Part shown: piece by piece, positions 9,185-18,996 of the stretch | Layout: the number at the start of each line of letters is the position of its first letter | Numbering within the stretch: position 1 is the stretch's first letter | NCBI RefSeq assembly: GCF_963967315.1 | Contig: NZ_OZ017288.1 | Coordinates: 270,001-302,000, forward strand | Direction: 5' to 3' | DNA from: Candidatus Minimicrobia sp. QA0096 | Lineage (GTDB): Bacteria > Patescibacteriota > Saccharimonadia > Saccharimonadales > Saccharimonadaceae | DNA: 32,000 bases | The notes under the pieces: model-generated | What the model saw: the letters and a program-made list of their open reading frames with translations, nothing else | What the model was told of the DNA's origin: nothing | Database searches by the model: none | Made by a program: the position numbers and the translations under genes

Positions 9185-10017
9185 TCGCCACCTCCTTCAC
9201 TCAATTGAGCAAGCGCCCGCTCCGCTTCCTCGGCGTCAGGAGATTTTCCATGCCAATGATAATCATATTCCATAAAATCAACGCCGCGACCAGGAATTGT
9301 ATGCGCAATTATCACGCTCGGCTGCCGAGAATTCTTTGCCTTATCAATCGCCTGAATTATCGCCGAATGATTATGTCCGTCAATCTCCTGCGCATTCCAG
9401 CCAAAACTTCGCCATTTGTCCGCCAACTCACCTAGTGGCATCACCTTTTCCGTATCGCCACCAATCTGAATATTATTTCTATCAACAATCGTAATCAAAT
9501 TCGCCAGATTATATTTTTTCGCAAACATCGCCGCTTCCCAAATATTTCCTTCGTCAAGCTCGCCATCGCCCAAACTACAGTAAACGAATCGCTCAGAATT
9601 GCCACCCAAATATTGCAATGAATACGCCATGCCGGCCGCCTGACTTAGACCGCAGCCCAGAGGACCGCTAGTCGTTTCAATTCCCGGTAAACTGCCGCGT
9701 TCTGGATGACCTTGGAGCTTGGAGCCAAATTTTCGCAAATTAGCGAGTTCTTTTTTATCGAAAAATCCCCGCTCCGCCAGCGTCGCATATAAAAGCGGAG
9801 CATAATGACCGTTACTCATCACGAAAATATCCCGATCTTTCCAATCTGGATTCTCAGGATCTAGTCGCATGGCATGAAAATACAAAACCGCCATAACATC
9901 AGCAAAACCCAAACACCCAGCAGAATGACCCGAACCAGCCTCGGATAGCTCACGAATGACAGACTTTCGCAATTGTTGCGATATTTTCTTCAGATTAGTT
10001 GTAGCGTCAATATCCAT
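9181..10017 (-). CDS. tkt: Transketolase, N-terminal (TPP-binding) subunit of a split enzyme
   Basis: 278-aa ORF with GSGHSAGCLG, SNGHYAPLLY and GDGELDEGN motifs of the transketolase thiamine-diphosphate domain. Confidence 0.9.
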   Translation of the reverse strand: MDIDATTNLKKISQQLRKSVIRELSEAGSGHSAGCLGFADVMAVLYFHAMRLDPENPDWKDRDIFVMSNGHYAPLLYATLAERGFFDKKELANLRKFGSKLQGHPERGSLPGIETTSGPLGCGLSQAAGMAYSLQYLGGNSERFVYCSLGDGELDEGNIWEAAMFAKKYNLANLITIVDRNNIQIGGDTEKVMPLGELADKWRSFGWNAQEIDGHNHSAIIQAIDKAKNSRQPSVIIAHTIPGRGVDFMEYDYHWHGKSPDAEEAERALAQLSEGGGE

Positions 10018-10667
10018 TAAAGCACGCTCGTTTTATTAATCTCCTGCTGTAATCTGGAGAAAATAGCGCGAGGATCTGACGATTTCTGAATAACGCCGCC
10101 AACGTTCAGAACGTTAACGCCGCCCTGAACCAAACTGTACGCGTTATCTACCGCCACTCCACCATCCCAACCGATTTCAACACTAGGATTAATAGCTTTA
10201 ATAAGTCGTATTTTTTCTAGTTGCATAAGACTAGCAGTGCCGCCAAATCGCCCCAACTCACCACTAAAAATCATTACGTGATCTGCTATTTTTATCAATT
10301 CCTCAACCGTTCGTGGAACCGTTGGTTTAAGTAATGCCAGCCCCGCCATAATTCCAGCTTGACGAATCTGCATGAGCGCAGTCTTCACATCCCCCGTCGC
10401 CTCTGCATGAACAATAATCATATGCGGCCTTAAGGCAATCAACTTCGGAACATACTCAGCAACATCATTAACCATCGCATGAATATCAATCATCCAACCC
10501 TCCGGCGCCCATAATTCTGGAATTCCGACAGTCAACGTCGGAGCAAATTCACCGTCAGAAATATCAATATGCACACGCTCAACAAGACCAGTTATCTTAT
10601 CAACCTGCTCTTTATATTGATCGGCATTTTCTGCCAAAATTGCTGGTGCAATTACAGAATTACTCAT
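10017..10667 (-). CDS. rpe: Ribulose-phosphate 3-epimerase family protein (divergent)
   Basis: 216-aa ORF. IAPAILA...VHIDISDGEFAPTLT...DIHAMV resembles the Rpe TIM-barrel motifs. It lies between rpiB and tkt. Confidence 0.6.
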   Translation of the reverse strand: MSNSVIAPAILAENADQYKEQVDKITGLVERVHIDISDGEFAPTLTVGIPELWAPEGWMIDIHAMVNDVAEYVPKLIALRPHMIIVHAEATGDVKTALMQIRQAGIMAGLALLKPTVPRTVEELIKIADHVMIFSGELGRFGGTASLMQLEKIRLIKAINPSVEIGWDGGVAVDNAYSLVQGGVNVLNVGGVIQKSSDPRAIFSRLQQEINKTSVL

Positions 10668-11116
10668 GACAATTCATCCAACTGCGCATTACGCCTATTA
10701 AATCGCGGAGCATTCGCATAAGGAGTGTTCAGCCATGTTTCCACAATCCCCTTCCAAGCAGACTCATTATCTTCCAAAACTCGCGCCGGCAAACATAAAA
10801 CATTCGAATCGTTATCTTGGCGCGTCATCTTTGCCTCAAACGCATCCCAAATCACGCTAGCTCGGATTCCCTTAAAGCGGTTCGCCGCCATACACATTCC
10901 TTGTCCACCGCCGCAAATTAATATCGCACGCGGATCTTTGCTATCATCACCAATGACCTTTAACGCTGCCGCCTGTGCGAATTGCGGAAAATCGTCATCA
11001 GGATTTAATTCTACACCGCCGACGTCTTGAACGTCATAGCCATTTTTAACCAAATAGGCAAAAACTTTTTCTTTCAGCATAAAACCGCGGTGATCGGAAC
11101 CTAGATAAATCTTCAT
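10664..11116 (-). CDS. rpiB: Ribose-5-phosphate isomerase B (RpiB/LacA/LacB family)
   Basis: 150-aa ORF beginning MKIYLGSDHRGFMLKEKV...ILICGGGQGMCMAANR, the typical RpiB signature. Confidence 0.85.
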   Translation of the reverse strand: MKIYLGSDHRGFMLKEKVFAYLVKNGYDVQDVGGVELNPDDDFPQFAQAAALKVIGDDSKDPRAILICGGGQGMCMAANRFKGIRASVIWDAFEAKMTRQDNDSNVLCLPARVLEDNESAWKGIVETWLNTPYANAPRFNRRNAQLDELS

Positions 11117-11133
11117 ACTTCTTATTATAATGG

Positions 11134-12156
11134 TTATGCTTGATTCTGCAAATAATATCCGACGTCAGCTACCAACTCGACCAAGCGATTAGAATAGCCC
11201 CACTCATTGTCATACCAGACCATAACCTTGATCAAATTACCGCCAACTACCTTCGTCAATGGAAGATCAACGATCCCCGAATATGAATTGCCAATGAAGT
11301 CGCGGCTCACCAAAGGTTCCTCAGAAACACCCAAAATGCCTTGATAGAAATTACTCTGGGCAGCTTTTTTGAACGCGTCATTTATCTGCTCGACAGTCAC
11401 ATCTTTCCTGAGAAGCGCCGTCACGTCGCTAAGCGACACCACTGGAGTCGGTACACGCACGCTAAGTCCATCAAATTTTCCAGTTAATTGCGGTAAGGTT
11501 TTAGTCACAGCAATTGCGGCGCCAGTCGTAGTCGGGACAATGTTTTCGGCGGCGTTGCGACCTTCTCTAAGATCCTTGGATGGCGCGTCCTGAAGTTTTT
11601 GGCTAGCCGTATAACTATGCACCGTCGTTAACATTGACTTTTCAACACCAAACTCTGCGTCCAAAATTGCCATAACCGCACCCAAAGAATTGGTCGTGCA
11701 GCTAGCATTAGACACAATTGGCGTCGCGTTTTTCACCTTGTCGTCGTTAGTCCCCAGAACAATCGTATCGACTCCCTCAGACTTCGTCGGACCACTGATA
11801 ACCACACGCTTTGCGCCAGCCGTTAAGTGCTTGCTCGCGCCATCTTTATCGGTGAAAAATCCTGTCGATTCAATCACCACATCAATATTCAAATCTCGCC
11901 ACGGCAGATTTTCTGGATTTTTCTCAGCCAACACCTTAACCGACTTACCTTCAATAATCAGCTCATTTTCCGTAAAATCAACTTGGCGTCCGTACTCGCC
12001 GTAATTGCTATCATGCTTCAACAAATACGCCAAAGTTTTCGTATCAGTTAAATCATTGATCGCAACAATTTCCAAGTCGCTTCGCTCGTTCGCAATCTTA
12101 AACGCATTGCGTCCGATTCGCCCGAAGCCGTTAATTGCTATTCTCGTTACAGCCAT
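11134..12156 (-). CDS. gap: Type I glyceraldehyde-3-phosphate dehydrogenase
   Basis: 340-aa ORF with INGFGRIGR, the active site SNASCTTN and WYDNEWGYS. A GGGAGGG SD lies upstream. Confidence 0.95.
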   Translation of the reverse strand: MAVTRIAINGFGRIGRNAFKIANERSDLEIVAINDLTDTKTLAYLLKHDSNYGEYGRQVDFTENELIIEGKSVKVLAEKNPENLPWRDLNIDVVIESTGFFTDKDGASKHLTAGAKRVVISGPTKSEGVDTIVLGTNDDKVKNATPIVSNASCTTNSLGAVMAILDAEFGVEKSMLTTVHSYTASQKLQDAPSKDLREGRNAAENIVPTTTGAAIAVTKTLPQLTGKFDGLSVRVPTPVVSLSDVTALLRKDVTVEQINDAFKKAAQSNFYQGILGVSEEPLVSRDFIGNSYSGIVDLPLTKVVGGNLIKVMVWYDNEWGYSNRLVELVADVGYYLQNQA

Positions 12157-12226
12157 ATCGCCCTCCCTGTTAGATATTTTCGCTTTAGCTTTTCTTAATT
12201 ATACTACAAAGTTGTATAATATAAAT

Positions 12227-13744
12227 ATGACGCGCGAAGAGTTATTGTCAATTGCTAAGCAAAAATACGACGAAGTGCCAGTATTGGTTTTAGCGAGCGC
12301 AATTGATTACGCCACGGAAAAGCACGCTGGACAAAAGCGCAAAAGTGGCGAACCCTACATCAATCACCCATTGGCAGTGGCGGGAATTCTGATTGAATGG
12401 GGTATGGATATCGATACGGTTGTGGCGGGAGTTCTGCACGACACCGTTGAAGATACCGACGCAACTTTGGACGATTTGGAGAGTTTGTTTGGGCGCGATG
12501 TGGCGTTTCTGGTGGATGGCGTAACTAAAGTTTCACAAGCTCGCGCCGGGATGCGAAATTTGGATAGTTATTTGCCACACACGAAGGATAATTTGACCAA
12601 GCTGATGATTGCCGTGGGCGAAGATGTGCGCGTGATAATTATCAAGCTAGCCGACCGCCTGCACAATATGCGAACGCTACAATTTATGACGCCAGAAAAG
12701 CAGAAAAAAATCGCCAGAGAGACGATTGAAGTTTTTGCGCCGCTGGCCGACCGTTTAAATATGGGACGAGTTCGTGTTCAATTGGAGGAGCTGAGCTTTA
12801 GATATTTGATGCCGAAAGCTTTCCAGGAAACCAAAAATTTGATGGACAGTCGACTGAAAAAATCGCAACGAAAATTGGATCACGTTCGTCGTGAAGTTGA
12901 AGCGCGACTAAAGGCGGAAAAGCTGGTTTTCCAGATGGACGGACGCGTTAAGAGCGTTTATAGTCTGTTTAAGAAATTGGACAAAGTTGGCGATATTGAT
13001 AAGATTTATGATTTGATTGCCCTAAGAATAATTGTCGATGATTTATCGACCGGCTATCTGGTTCTGGGAATCTTACACGATATGTATCAACCGATGTACG
13101 AGAGGATTAAAGATTACGTTGCCAATCCAAAGCCAAATGGCTATCAAAGTCTTCACACAACCGTGCAAACTCCGAGCGGACAAATCGTCGAGTTTCAGAT
13201 CCGAACCAAAGAAATGCACGAATACGCCGAGCGTGGATTAGCGGCCAGCTTCCATTACAATGAGCAAAAATTGACCGACGCCTATAAAAAAGGAAAAATC
13301 GGAACTATGCCAGCCGATTTATCGTGGATTCGCGAACTTCAAGAAGCCGCCGCTCTAATTAGCGAAGGAAAGCGATTCGACTCCAACAAATTCCGAATGA
13401 AGCTGTTTTCTGACAGGATTTTCGTATATTCACCAAAGGGCGATATTTATGATTTGCCTCGCGGAGCGTTTCCCTTGGATTATGCCTACCGAATTCACTC
13501 CGACATCGCAGCCCGCGCAAGTGGATTTAAGATCAATGGCGTAATGAAGCCGTTCAATTACAAATTACAGCACGGCGACACAATTGAAGTATTAACAAGC
13601 AAATCCGCTCGTCCAAAACCAGATTGGCGGGACGTCATAATTACACCACACGCCAAAGATAAATTGCGCTTACAATTATCCCGCTCAAACGGCATCTTAC
13701 AACAATTAACTGGCGGCGTTTCCTCGTTCTTCCGACACAAGTAA
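12227..13744 (+). CDS. rel: Short bifunctional (p)ppGpp synthetase/hydrolase (HD + synthetase + TGS only)
   Basis: The track ORF starts at 12005, antisense to gap. The real start is most likely ATG 12227 (MTREELL...), 6 nt after TATAAT (12215-12220). It has HD motifs (HPLAVAGIL, HDTVEDT), synthetase motifs (YDLIALRIIV, GYQSLHTTV, EFQIRTKEMH) and a TGS domain (IFVYSPKGDIYDLPRGAFPLDYAYRIH). The protein ends about 45 aa after the TGS domain. Confidence 0.9.
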   Translation: MTREELLSIAKQKYDEVPVLVLASAIDYATEKHAGQKRKSGEPYINHPLAVAGILIEWGMDIDTVVAGVLHDTVEDTDATLDDLESLFGRDVAFLVDGVTKVSQARAGMRNLDSYLPHTKDNLTKLMIAVGEDVRVIIIKLADRLHNMRTLQFMTPEKQKKIARETIEVFAPLADRLNMGRVRVQLEELSFRYLMPKAFQETKNLMDSRLKKSQRKLDHVRREVEARLKAEKLVFQMDGRVKSVYSLFKKLDKVGDIDKIYDLIALRIIVDDLSTGYLVLGILHDMYQPMYERIKDYVANPKPNGYQSLHTTVQTPSGQIVEFQIRTKEMHEYAERGLAASFHYNEQKLTDAYKKGKIGTMPADLSWIRELQEAAALISEGKRFDSNKFRMKLFSDRIFVYSPKGDIYDLPRGAFPLDYAYRIHSDIAARASGFKINGVMKPFNYKLQHGDTIEVLTSKSARPKPDWRDVIITPHAKDKLRLQLSRSNGILQQLTGGVSSFFRHK

Positions 13745-13786
13745 CGCTCGCCAGTCTCTCGGTTTTAATCAATAATCAAACGCGAT

Positions 13787-14317
13787 TTATTTTTCGTTCC
13801 AACGAGTAATTGACTCGCGGATAATTTGCTTTGCCCTTTCTACGTCGCCGAATCCCTTGACTACTGTTGAACCAGGCTTCTTCAAATCCTTGTAGTGATT
13901 GAAATGGTGTTCAATTTGCTTCAACAATTGTGAAGGTAGGTCTTCTAGTGAGTTGATTGCGTTGCCCGTGTTTCGGTCGTCGGCCGGCACAACGATAACC
14001 TTGTCGTCAACTTCATTGTCGTCAACAAATTCCAGCACGCCGATAACTTTTGCCTCCATAAAAATACCGGTTGTCAGCGGTTCGTCGGCGATAATTAGCG
14101 CGTCCAATTCGTCGCCATCTTCATCCAAAGTCTGTGGAATGAAACCGTAGTTTGTTGGCTTTGCAAAAATAGCTGGCTCAACACGATCCAACTGCATCAC
14201 TGCAAGCTCGCGGTTCCACTCAATTTTATGACTTGATCCCTGTGGAATCTCAACAACTACATTTACGATGCCATTTTCGACATCACCAGGTGTTAAAATT
14301 TGATTAAAATCTGCCAT
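13787..14317 (-). CDS. ppa: Family I inorganic pyrophosphatase
   Basis: MADFNQILTPGD...EIPQGSSHKIEW...DGDELDALI is typical soluble PPase. I place the start at ATG 14317, which has a GAGGAG SD. The track's longer ORF would overlap trxB. Confidence 0.9.
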   Translation of the reverse strand: MADFNQILTPGDVENGIVNVVVEIPQGSSHKIEWNRELAVMQLDRVEPAIFAKPTNYGFIPQTLDEDGDELDALIIADEPLTTGIFMEAKVIGVLEFVDDNEVDDKVIVVPADDRNTGNAINSLEDLPSQLLKQIEHHFNHYKDLKKPGSTVVKGFGDVERAKQIIRESITRWNEK

Positions 14318-14321
14318 TTTT

Positions 14322-15254
14322 TTACTCCTCTCTGGCTTTTTCTTGTAAATATTCACGAATCTGCACCGCAGCTACTGCGCCTTCACCAACCGCCGAAGCG
14401 ATTTGCATAGTTGCCCCCGAGCGTACATCGCCAGAAGCAAAAACGCCAGGAATATTAGTGTGCAGATGTTCGTCAGTAATGATGTGTCCGCCCAAATCCA
14501 GCTCAACATCCGAGTTTGTCAGGAATTGCGTGTTCGGAATTAGCCCAATAAATACGAATAATCCATCAGCGGTAAATTCTTTCTGCTCGCCGTTTTGGGT
14601 CGATTTAACGCCGTAAAACTTATCGTCCTTGACAATAATTTCATCAGTCGTTGCACCGATGTGAACGGTAATTTTTCCATCATCGACATACTTCTGCAAA
14701 TCTTTTTGCAAAATGTCACTGGCGCGTAACTTACTGCGAACCAACAGATCAATGTGACTAGCGTATCGCGTCAAAAATATCGCCTCTTGCACGGCAGAAT
14801 TTCCACCGCCGACAACGATTAGATTTTTATCACGATAAAACGCACCGTCGCAAGTCGCACAGTAATGCACGCCTCGACCATATAATTCATCTTCGCCCGG
14901 AACACCTAATTTGCGGTAATTCGAGCCAGTCGCTAGCAAAACTGACTTCGCGCGGACAGATTGACCGTCAATTGTCAGCTCCAACTCGCCATCAACTTGC
15001 TTCAATTCCGTCACATCACCATACTCAATCTTCGAACCAAATCGCTCCGCCTGTTGTTGCAATTCAGACGCCAGCTTCATTCCCGTAACGCCCTCAGCAA
15101 ATCCAGGATAATTGTCAATTTGATCAGTAATCGCCGCCATTCCGCCGACCACGCCACGCTCATATAGCGTCGTGTCGACATCTTCGCGCGACAAGTAAAT
15201 TGCCGCCGTTAACGCGCTTGGACCAGCGCCAACAATAACAATATCTTTAGACAT
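14322..15254 (-). CDS. trxB: Thioredoxin-disulfide reductase
   Basis: 310-aa ORF with GAGPSALTAAIY, the redox-active CATCDG and GGGNSAVQEA motifs. Confidence 0.95.
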   Translation of the reverse strand: MSKDIVIVGAGPSALTAAIYLSREDVDTTLYERGVVGGMAAITDQIDNYPGFAEGVTGMKLASELQQQAERFGSKIEYGDVTELKQVDGELELTIDGQSVRAKSVLLATGSNYRKLGVPGEDELYGRGVHYCATCDGAFYRDKNLIVVGGGNSAVQEAIFLTRYASHIDLLVRSKLRASDILQKDLQKYVDDGKITVHIGATTDEIIVKDDKFYGVKSTQNGEQKEFTADGLFVFIGLIPNTQFLTNSDVELDLGGHIITDEHLHTNIPGVFASGDVRSGATMQIASAVGEGAVAAVQIREYLQEKAREE

Positions 15255-15924
15255 TAAAACCTCGCGATCGATAATATTGCCTCATAACTTCTGGCATTTC
15301 TGGCTCTGGAATATCAGCTGGCTTTTCAATAGCCATCACCACAAACTTAAGCGGAGAATTTGCAGGAATTTTATCGCCCTGAGCTTTGTCGCCATAAGCC
15401 TTGTTGGCTGGAATTGTTAGCTCGCGCACGCCGCCAATTTTCATACCAATCAAACCCTCTTTCCAACCCTGAATGACTGCAGTATTTGCCGGGCCGTCCA
15501 TATTGAGCGGAGCTTTCAATTTGCCGTCAGCGATTGATTGATCGAAAATCTCACCCTTAGCATTCCAGCCAATGTAATAAACAGCCAACTTGGTGTCGTC
15601 CTTAACTTCAGCGCCTTCGCCCTCAACCAAATCTTCCTTAACAAGCTCTTTCACGTCACCGGCTTCAAACGCGCCAACTCGTGAGCTAAACTCAGAAAAC
15701 TTGCCGTAATATTTTTGACTCAATTCATTAGCCTGAGCCTCTACTTTCTTTTTTCGCTCGTCAGTAGCCTTGGTATATTCATCCTGAGCTTTCTTAAACG
15801 CGGCTTGGTCTTTGGCTTCATTTCCAGGCGCCACCATCATAGCGACAAATCCGCCAACGGTCCCCAAAAACATCATGCCGGCAATAACCCAAATACCTAT
15901 TCTCTGGCCTTTTGTAGTTGCCAT
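15247..15924 (-). CDS. FKBP-type peptidyl-prolyl cis-trans isomerase with N-terminal membrane anchor
   Basis: 225-aa ORF with an N-terminal TM segment (IGIWVIAGMMFLGTVGGFVAMMV) and a C-terminal FKBP domain (VIQGWKEGLIGMKIGGVRELTIPANKAYG...IPANSPLKFVV). An AAGGAGG SD lies upstream. Confidence 0.85.
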   Translation of the reverse strand: MATTKGQRIGIWVIAGMMFLGTVGGFVAMMVAPGNEAKDQAAFKKAQDEYTKATDERKKKVEAQANELSQKYYGKFSEFSSRVGAFEAGDVKELVKEDLVEGEGAEVKDDTKLAVYYIGWNAKGEIFDQSIADGKLKAPLNMDGPANTAVIQGWKEGLIGMKIGGVRELTIPANKAYGDKAQGDKIPANSPLKFVVMAIEKPADIPEPEMPEVMRQYYRSRGFNV

Positions 15925-15982
15925 ATTCCTCCTTTATTTACCTTTCAATTATAGCAATTTTTATCAAGCGCAACAAATCGCA

Positions 15983-18496
15983 TTAAACCTGAGCGGCGTC
16001 GAATTCTTCCGCAGCCATGGCGGCAATCTCCTCAATAATCGGCGCAATATCTTTATCTTCCAGCGTCCGCTCAGCGCTCGTAAACTTTACATTCAAAGTT
16101 ACAGTTTTTGTCGAATCGTCATTTTTTGGCTGATATATCGCAATCGGCGTTATGTCAATTTGTAGCTCACCGTGTTTTTTCGCAACTTCTTCGGCGTAAG
16201 CATAAACCTTCGCGTAATCAACATTCGAATCCATCTTCAATGAAATATCCCTGGCAGTCGATGGAAAACGACTTAACCGCTGGTAATCATAGACCTGATT
16301 TTTACTCAGATTTTCCTGCAATTTTTCAATATCAATAGAAAACGCCGCGGTGTAATCTGGCAATTTGAAGTTGCGTCGAGCAGATGAAACCAGCTCGCCA
16401 ACAACTCCCAAATTGTCGCCATTCTTCGCCATAATCCAAGCGCTGCGTTTCGCATCAAACGGCGCCGGAACGTCGCCGTCAGGTTTCGCAATCTTCACAA
16501 AATCAACCTCAACGCCCAAATCCTTCATCAATCTTTCGGCAATTTTCCTCACCTTGTAAAACGGCGCGCCAACTTGAGGTTTTTTATTCGCATAAACTCC
16601 GTCAATGAAAGTCTTTTCAATCGGCAAATTCTCATCGTTAAATCCTAATTTCTTATCATGAATTTTGCCAATTTCAAACAATATAAATTCGTCATGCCCA
16701 GATTTTATATTGGCGTGAACTTTATCCAACAAACTCGGCAAAATGCTAATTCGGTAATATTGCAAGTCTGGACTAAGCGCATTACTCAAGCGATACGCAC
16801 GGCTCGGATCTTGGTCAGAATTTTTTAAAACTCGCTCATGGACAAAGCTATATGTCAAAACTTCGTTTGCTCCAGCTCGCGACAAACTTTGGCGAATTCT
16901 CTGTTTCAATTTACGACGCTCATTCTTCGGCGCAGGCTTAATGCTTCGCTCTGGCAAATGACGCGGCAATCTATCAAAACCATACAGTCGCCCAACTTCC
17001 TCAACGACATCCTCAGGAAGCTCAATATCTGTTCGCCAAAATGGACTGTAAACCATCACGCCAGCTTCGCCATATTTATTACCATCGTCAACGATAAATT
17101 CAACATTCTTTAGCAGTGCCTCAATCTCATTCTCGGCAAAGTCAACACCCAGACGTTCTTCGACAAACCTTTTAGGAATCAACAATCCACCGTGCCAGTG
17201 CTTACCATCGACCAACACCTGTCGTAATGAAGAATGATTCTTAAATAGCATAGGACTAGCTTGCTCACCACCAACCATACCAATTAACCATTTTAAGACA
17301 GGGTTAATTTGTGCTGGCGACTGCCCCTTATTAAACCTAGTCAGAGCGTCGGTGAAAATTCCGTGACGCATAGCCGTACGTCGCAGTGCGTACATGTCAA
17401 AATTGGCACATTCAAGGACAATATTCTTCGTTTCAGCCGAAACTTCAGCGTCAGCGCCGCCCATAATTCCCGCTAGCCCAATCACACCTTCGCCATCAGC
17501 GATCACAATATCGTCAGCCGTCAATTCATATTCCTTGCCATTAAGCAAACCGACTTTCTCACCATCGTGCGCCATTCGCACGCCGAGTTTATGCCCGCGC
17601 AACTTGTCATAATCATAAGCGTGAGTCGGCTGCGCCGTCATAAACATCACGTAGTTTGTCGCGTCAACGATATTATTGATAGGCTTGCCGCCCATTGCGA
17701 CTAATTGACATTGCAACCACAACGGGCTTGAATGAATATCTACATTTTTTATAGCAATCACAGAGAATGCGGGCGCAAGCTCATTAGCTTCATTAAACAC
17801 TTCAAGCTCTAAGCCATCGCTATTTGCGAATTCTTGAATAGCATTATACCAGTCAGGACTATTAAACTGCTGATGAAAAATGCCAGCAATTTCGCGCGCC
17901 ACGCCAAGTTGCCCAAAACAATCCGGCCTGTGTGTAAACATCTTATTCTCAATTTCCAGCACGTAATCGTCCAGCCCAAACACTTCCGCAAAGCTCGCGC
18001 CAGCCTGAAGTGTAACACCCGCCGGAATATCACGCTCATTGATCTCAATAATTCCCTCGTGATCTGTACCAATCGCCAGCTCATCAGCCGCCGCCAGCAT
18101 ACCCTGGCTTAAGATTCCACGCAGCGGTCGCGCATCCAGCACGAACGGCTCGGCGTCATCAAAACTCGCTGGGACGGTACTTTTTGGCGGCAACCAAATT
18201 GCCCACATATCAGCATGAACATTCGGCGCACCGCAAACCACTTGCACGCAACCATTATCATCCCTTGGAACGTCCGCTACGCCACCATCGTCAATTTTAG
18301 TCACACTCAAACGATCCGCATTCGGATGCTTTTCGCACTCAACAACTCGCACAATGCGCGCGCCACCATATTTGGCTTTCAGGTCAATCACTTCCTCAAC
18401 GCCACCAAGTTGCTGATTTACCCGCGCAACCAGCTCATCCACCGGCGGTAGTTCAAAGTCAATTAATTGTTTTATAAGATTTAAGCTAACTTTCAT
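15983..18496 (-). CDS. pheT: Phenylalanine--tRNA ligase beta subunit
   Basis: 837-aa ORF with an N-terminal tRNA-binding domain, B3/4 and B5 regions and a C-terminal anticodon-binding-like domain. It is typical PheT in length and order. TATAAT/TATACT boxes lie directly upstream (18500-18511). Confidence 0.95.
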   Translation of the reverse strand: MKVSLNLIKQLIDFELPPVDELVARVNQQLGGVEEVIDLKAKYGGARIVRVVECEKHPNADRLSVTKIDDGGVADVPRDDNGCVQVVCGAPNVHADMWAIWLPPKSTVPASFDDAEPFVLDARPLRGILSQGMLAAADELAIGTDHEGIIEINERDIPAGVTLQAGASFAEVFGLDDYVLEIENKMFTHRPDCFGQLGVAREIAGIFHQQFNSPDWYNAIQEFANSDGLELEVFNEANELAPAFSVIAIKNVDIHSSPLWLQCQLVAMGGKPINNIVDATNYVMFMTAQPTHAYDYDKLRGHKLGVRMAHDGEKVGLLNGKEYELTADDIVIADGEGVIGLAGIMGGADAEVSAETKNIVLECANFDMYALRRTAMRHGIFTDALTRFNKGQSPAQINPVLKWLIGMVGGEQASPMLFKNHSSLRQVLVDGKHWHGGLLIPKRFVEERLGVDFAENEIEALLKNVEFIVDDGNKYGEAGVMVYSPFWRTDIELPEDVVEEVGRLYGFDRLPRHLPERSIKPAPKNERRKLKQRIRQSLSRAGANEVLTYSFVHERVLKNSDQDPSRAYRLSNALSPDLQYYRISILPSLLDKVHANIKSGHDEFILFEIGKIHDKKLGFNDENLPIEKTFIDGVYANKKPQVGAPFYKVRKIAERLMKDLGVEVDFVKIAKPDGDVPAPFDAKRSAWIMAKNGDNLGVVGELVSSARRNFKLPDYTAAFSIDIEKLQENLSKNQVYDYQRLSRFPSTARDISLKMDSNVDYAKVYAYAEEVAKKHGELQIDITPIAIYQPKNDDSTKTVTLNVKFTSAERTLEDKDIAPIIEEIAAMAAEEFDAAQV

Positions 18497-18585
18497 ACTA
18501 GTATAATTATATCACCTTACTATCAATGATTCGACGGAAATCCGCGGTGCAAATCAACAATTGTCAAAATATATTACATAATTAG

Positions 18586-18619
18586 TTGACATCGCGTTCT
18601 GTTATTGATATATATATCA
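18586..18619 (+). promoter_or_regulatory. Sigma70-type promoter of mini-cassette 2 with a palindrome over the -10
   Basis: TTGACA (18586-18591), a 17-nt spacer, then TATATA (18609-18614) with TG at 18606-18607. TGATATATATATCA (18606-18619) is a perfect 14-bp palindrome. Confidence 0.65.
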
Positions 18620-18725
18620 GCCTTTGCACTCGCAGAGGTCGGCGTTTCGCTCAAAACCATTGGGTTTGAGACGTCCCACTTCGCAGAGAATAGTCTTTCT
18701 CTGCCCGACTCCAGAAGGAGTTATC

Positions 18726-18992
18726 ATGGAACAGTTCGGCTGGTTCGACGGAAAAGAAGCGAGAATCCAGCGGTCTGGAGGGATGATCAACGTCTACTAC
18801 GGCGGCAGGTATGGCAACATCCCTGGTGATGGTCATGGCCATGTTAAGGCTACCGGTGGCCCACTCGGCGAGAACATTGTGTTCTGGCGACTGCCTGACA
18901 GCGAGGGAGGTCATGTGATCGTGGATAATAAGTTCACGATCATGAATGGCAACGACCTGCGCCTGCGAGACCACCTGACCGGGCTCTTCTGA
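18726..18992 (+). CDS. Hypothetical 88-aa Gly/His-rich soluble protein (mini-cassette 2 cargo)
   Basis: ATG 18726 lies 5 nt after GAAGGAG. The reading frame is GC-rich (about 56% by my hand count) with G/C-ending codons, unlike its neighbours. I recognise no family. The track ORF 18624.. is an upstream extension with a non-ATG start. Confidence 0.6.
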   Translation: MEQFGWFDGKEARIQRSGGMINVYYGGRYGNIPGDGHGHVKATGGPLGENIVFWRLPDSEGGHVIVDNKFTIMNGNDLRLRDHLTGLF

Positions 18993-18996
18993 GCTA

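Noticed and set aside
12005-12226. N-terminal 74-codon extension of the rel ORF in the ORF track
   Set aside because: The extension overlaps gap on the opposite strand and starts at a non-ATG codon. A TATAAT box and the ATG at 12227 give a start that matches Rel N-termini.
14318-14356. 13-codon N-terminal extension of ppa
   Set aside because: It would overlap the 3' end of trxB. ATG 14317 has a GAGGAG SD and gives a canonical PPase N-terminus.
18606-18619. (AT)n tracts in the cassette promoters (also 30403-30414) as phase-variable dinucleotide repeats
   Set aside because: With only 4-5 repeat units the tracts are too short for efficient slipped-strand mispairing. The palindrome/operator and -10 interpretations are simpler. 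Read-level length variation would be needed to revive this idea.
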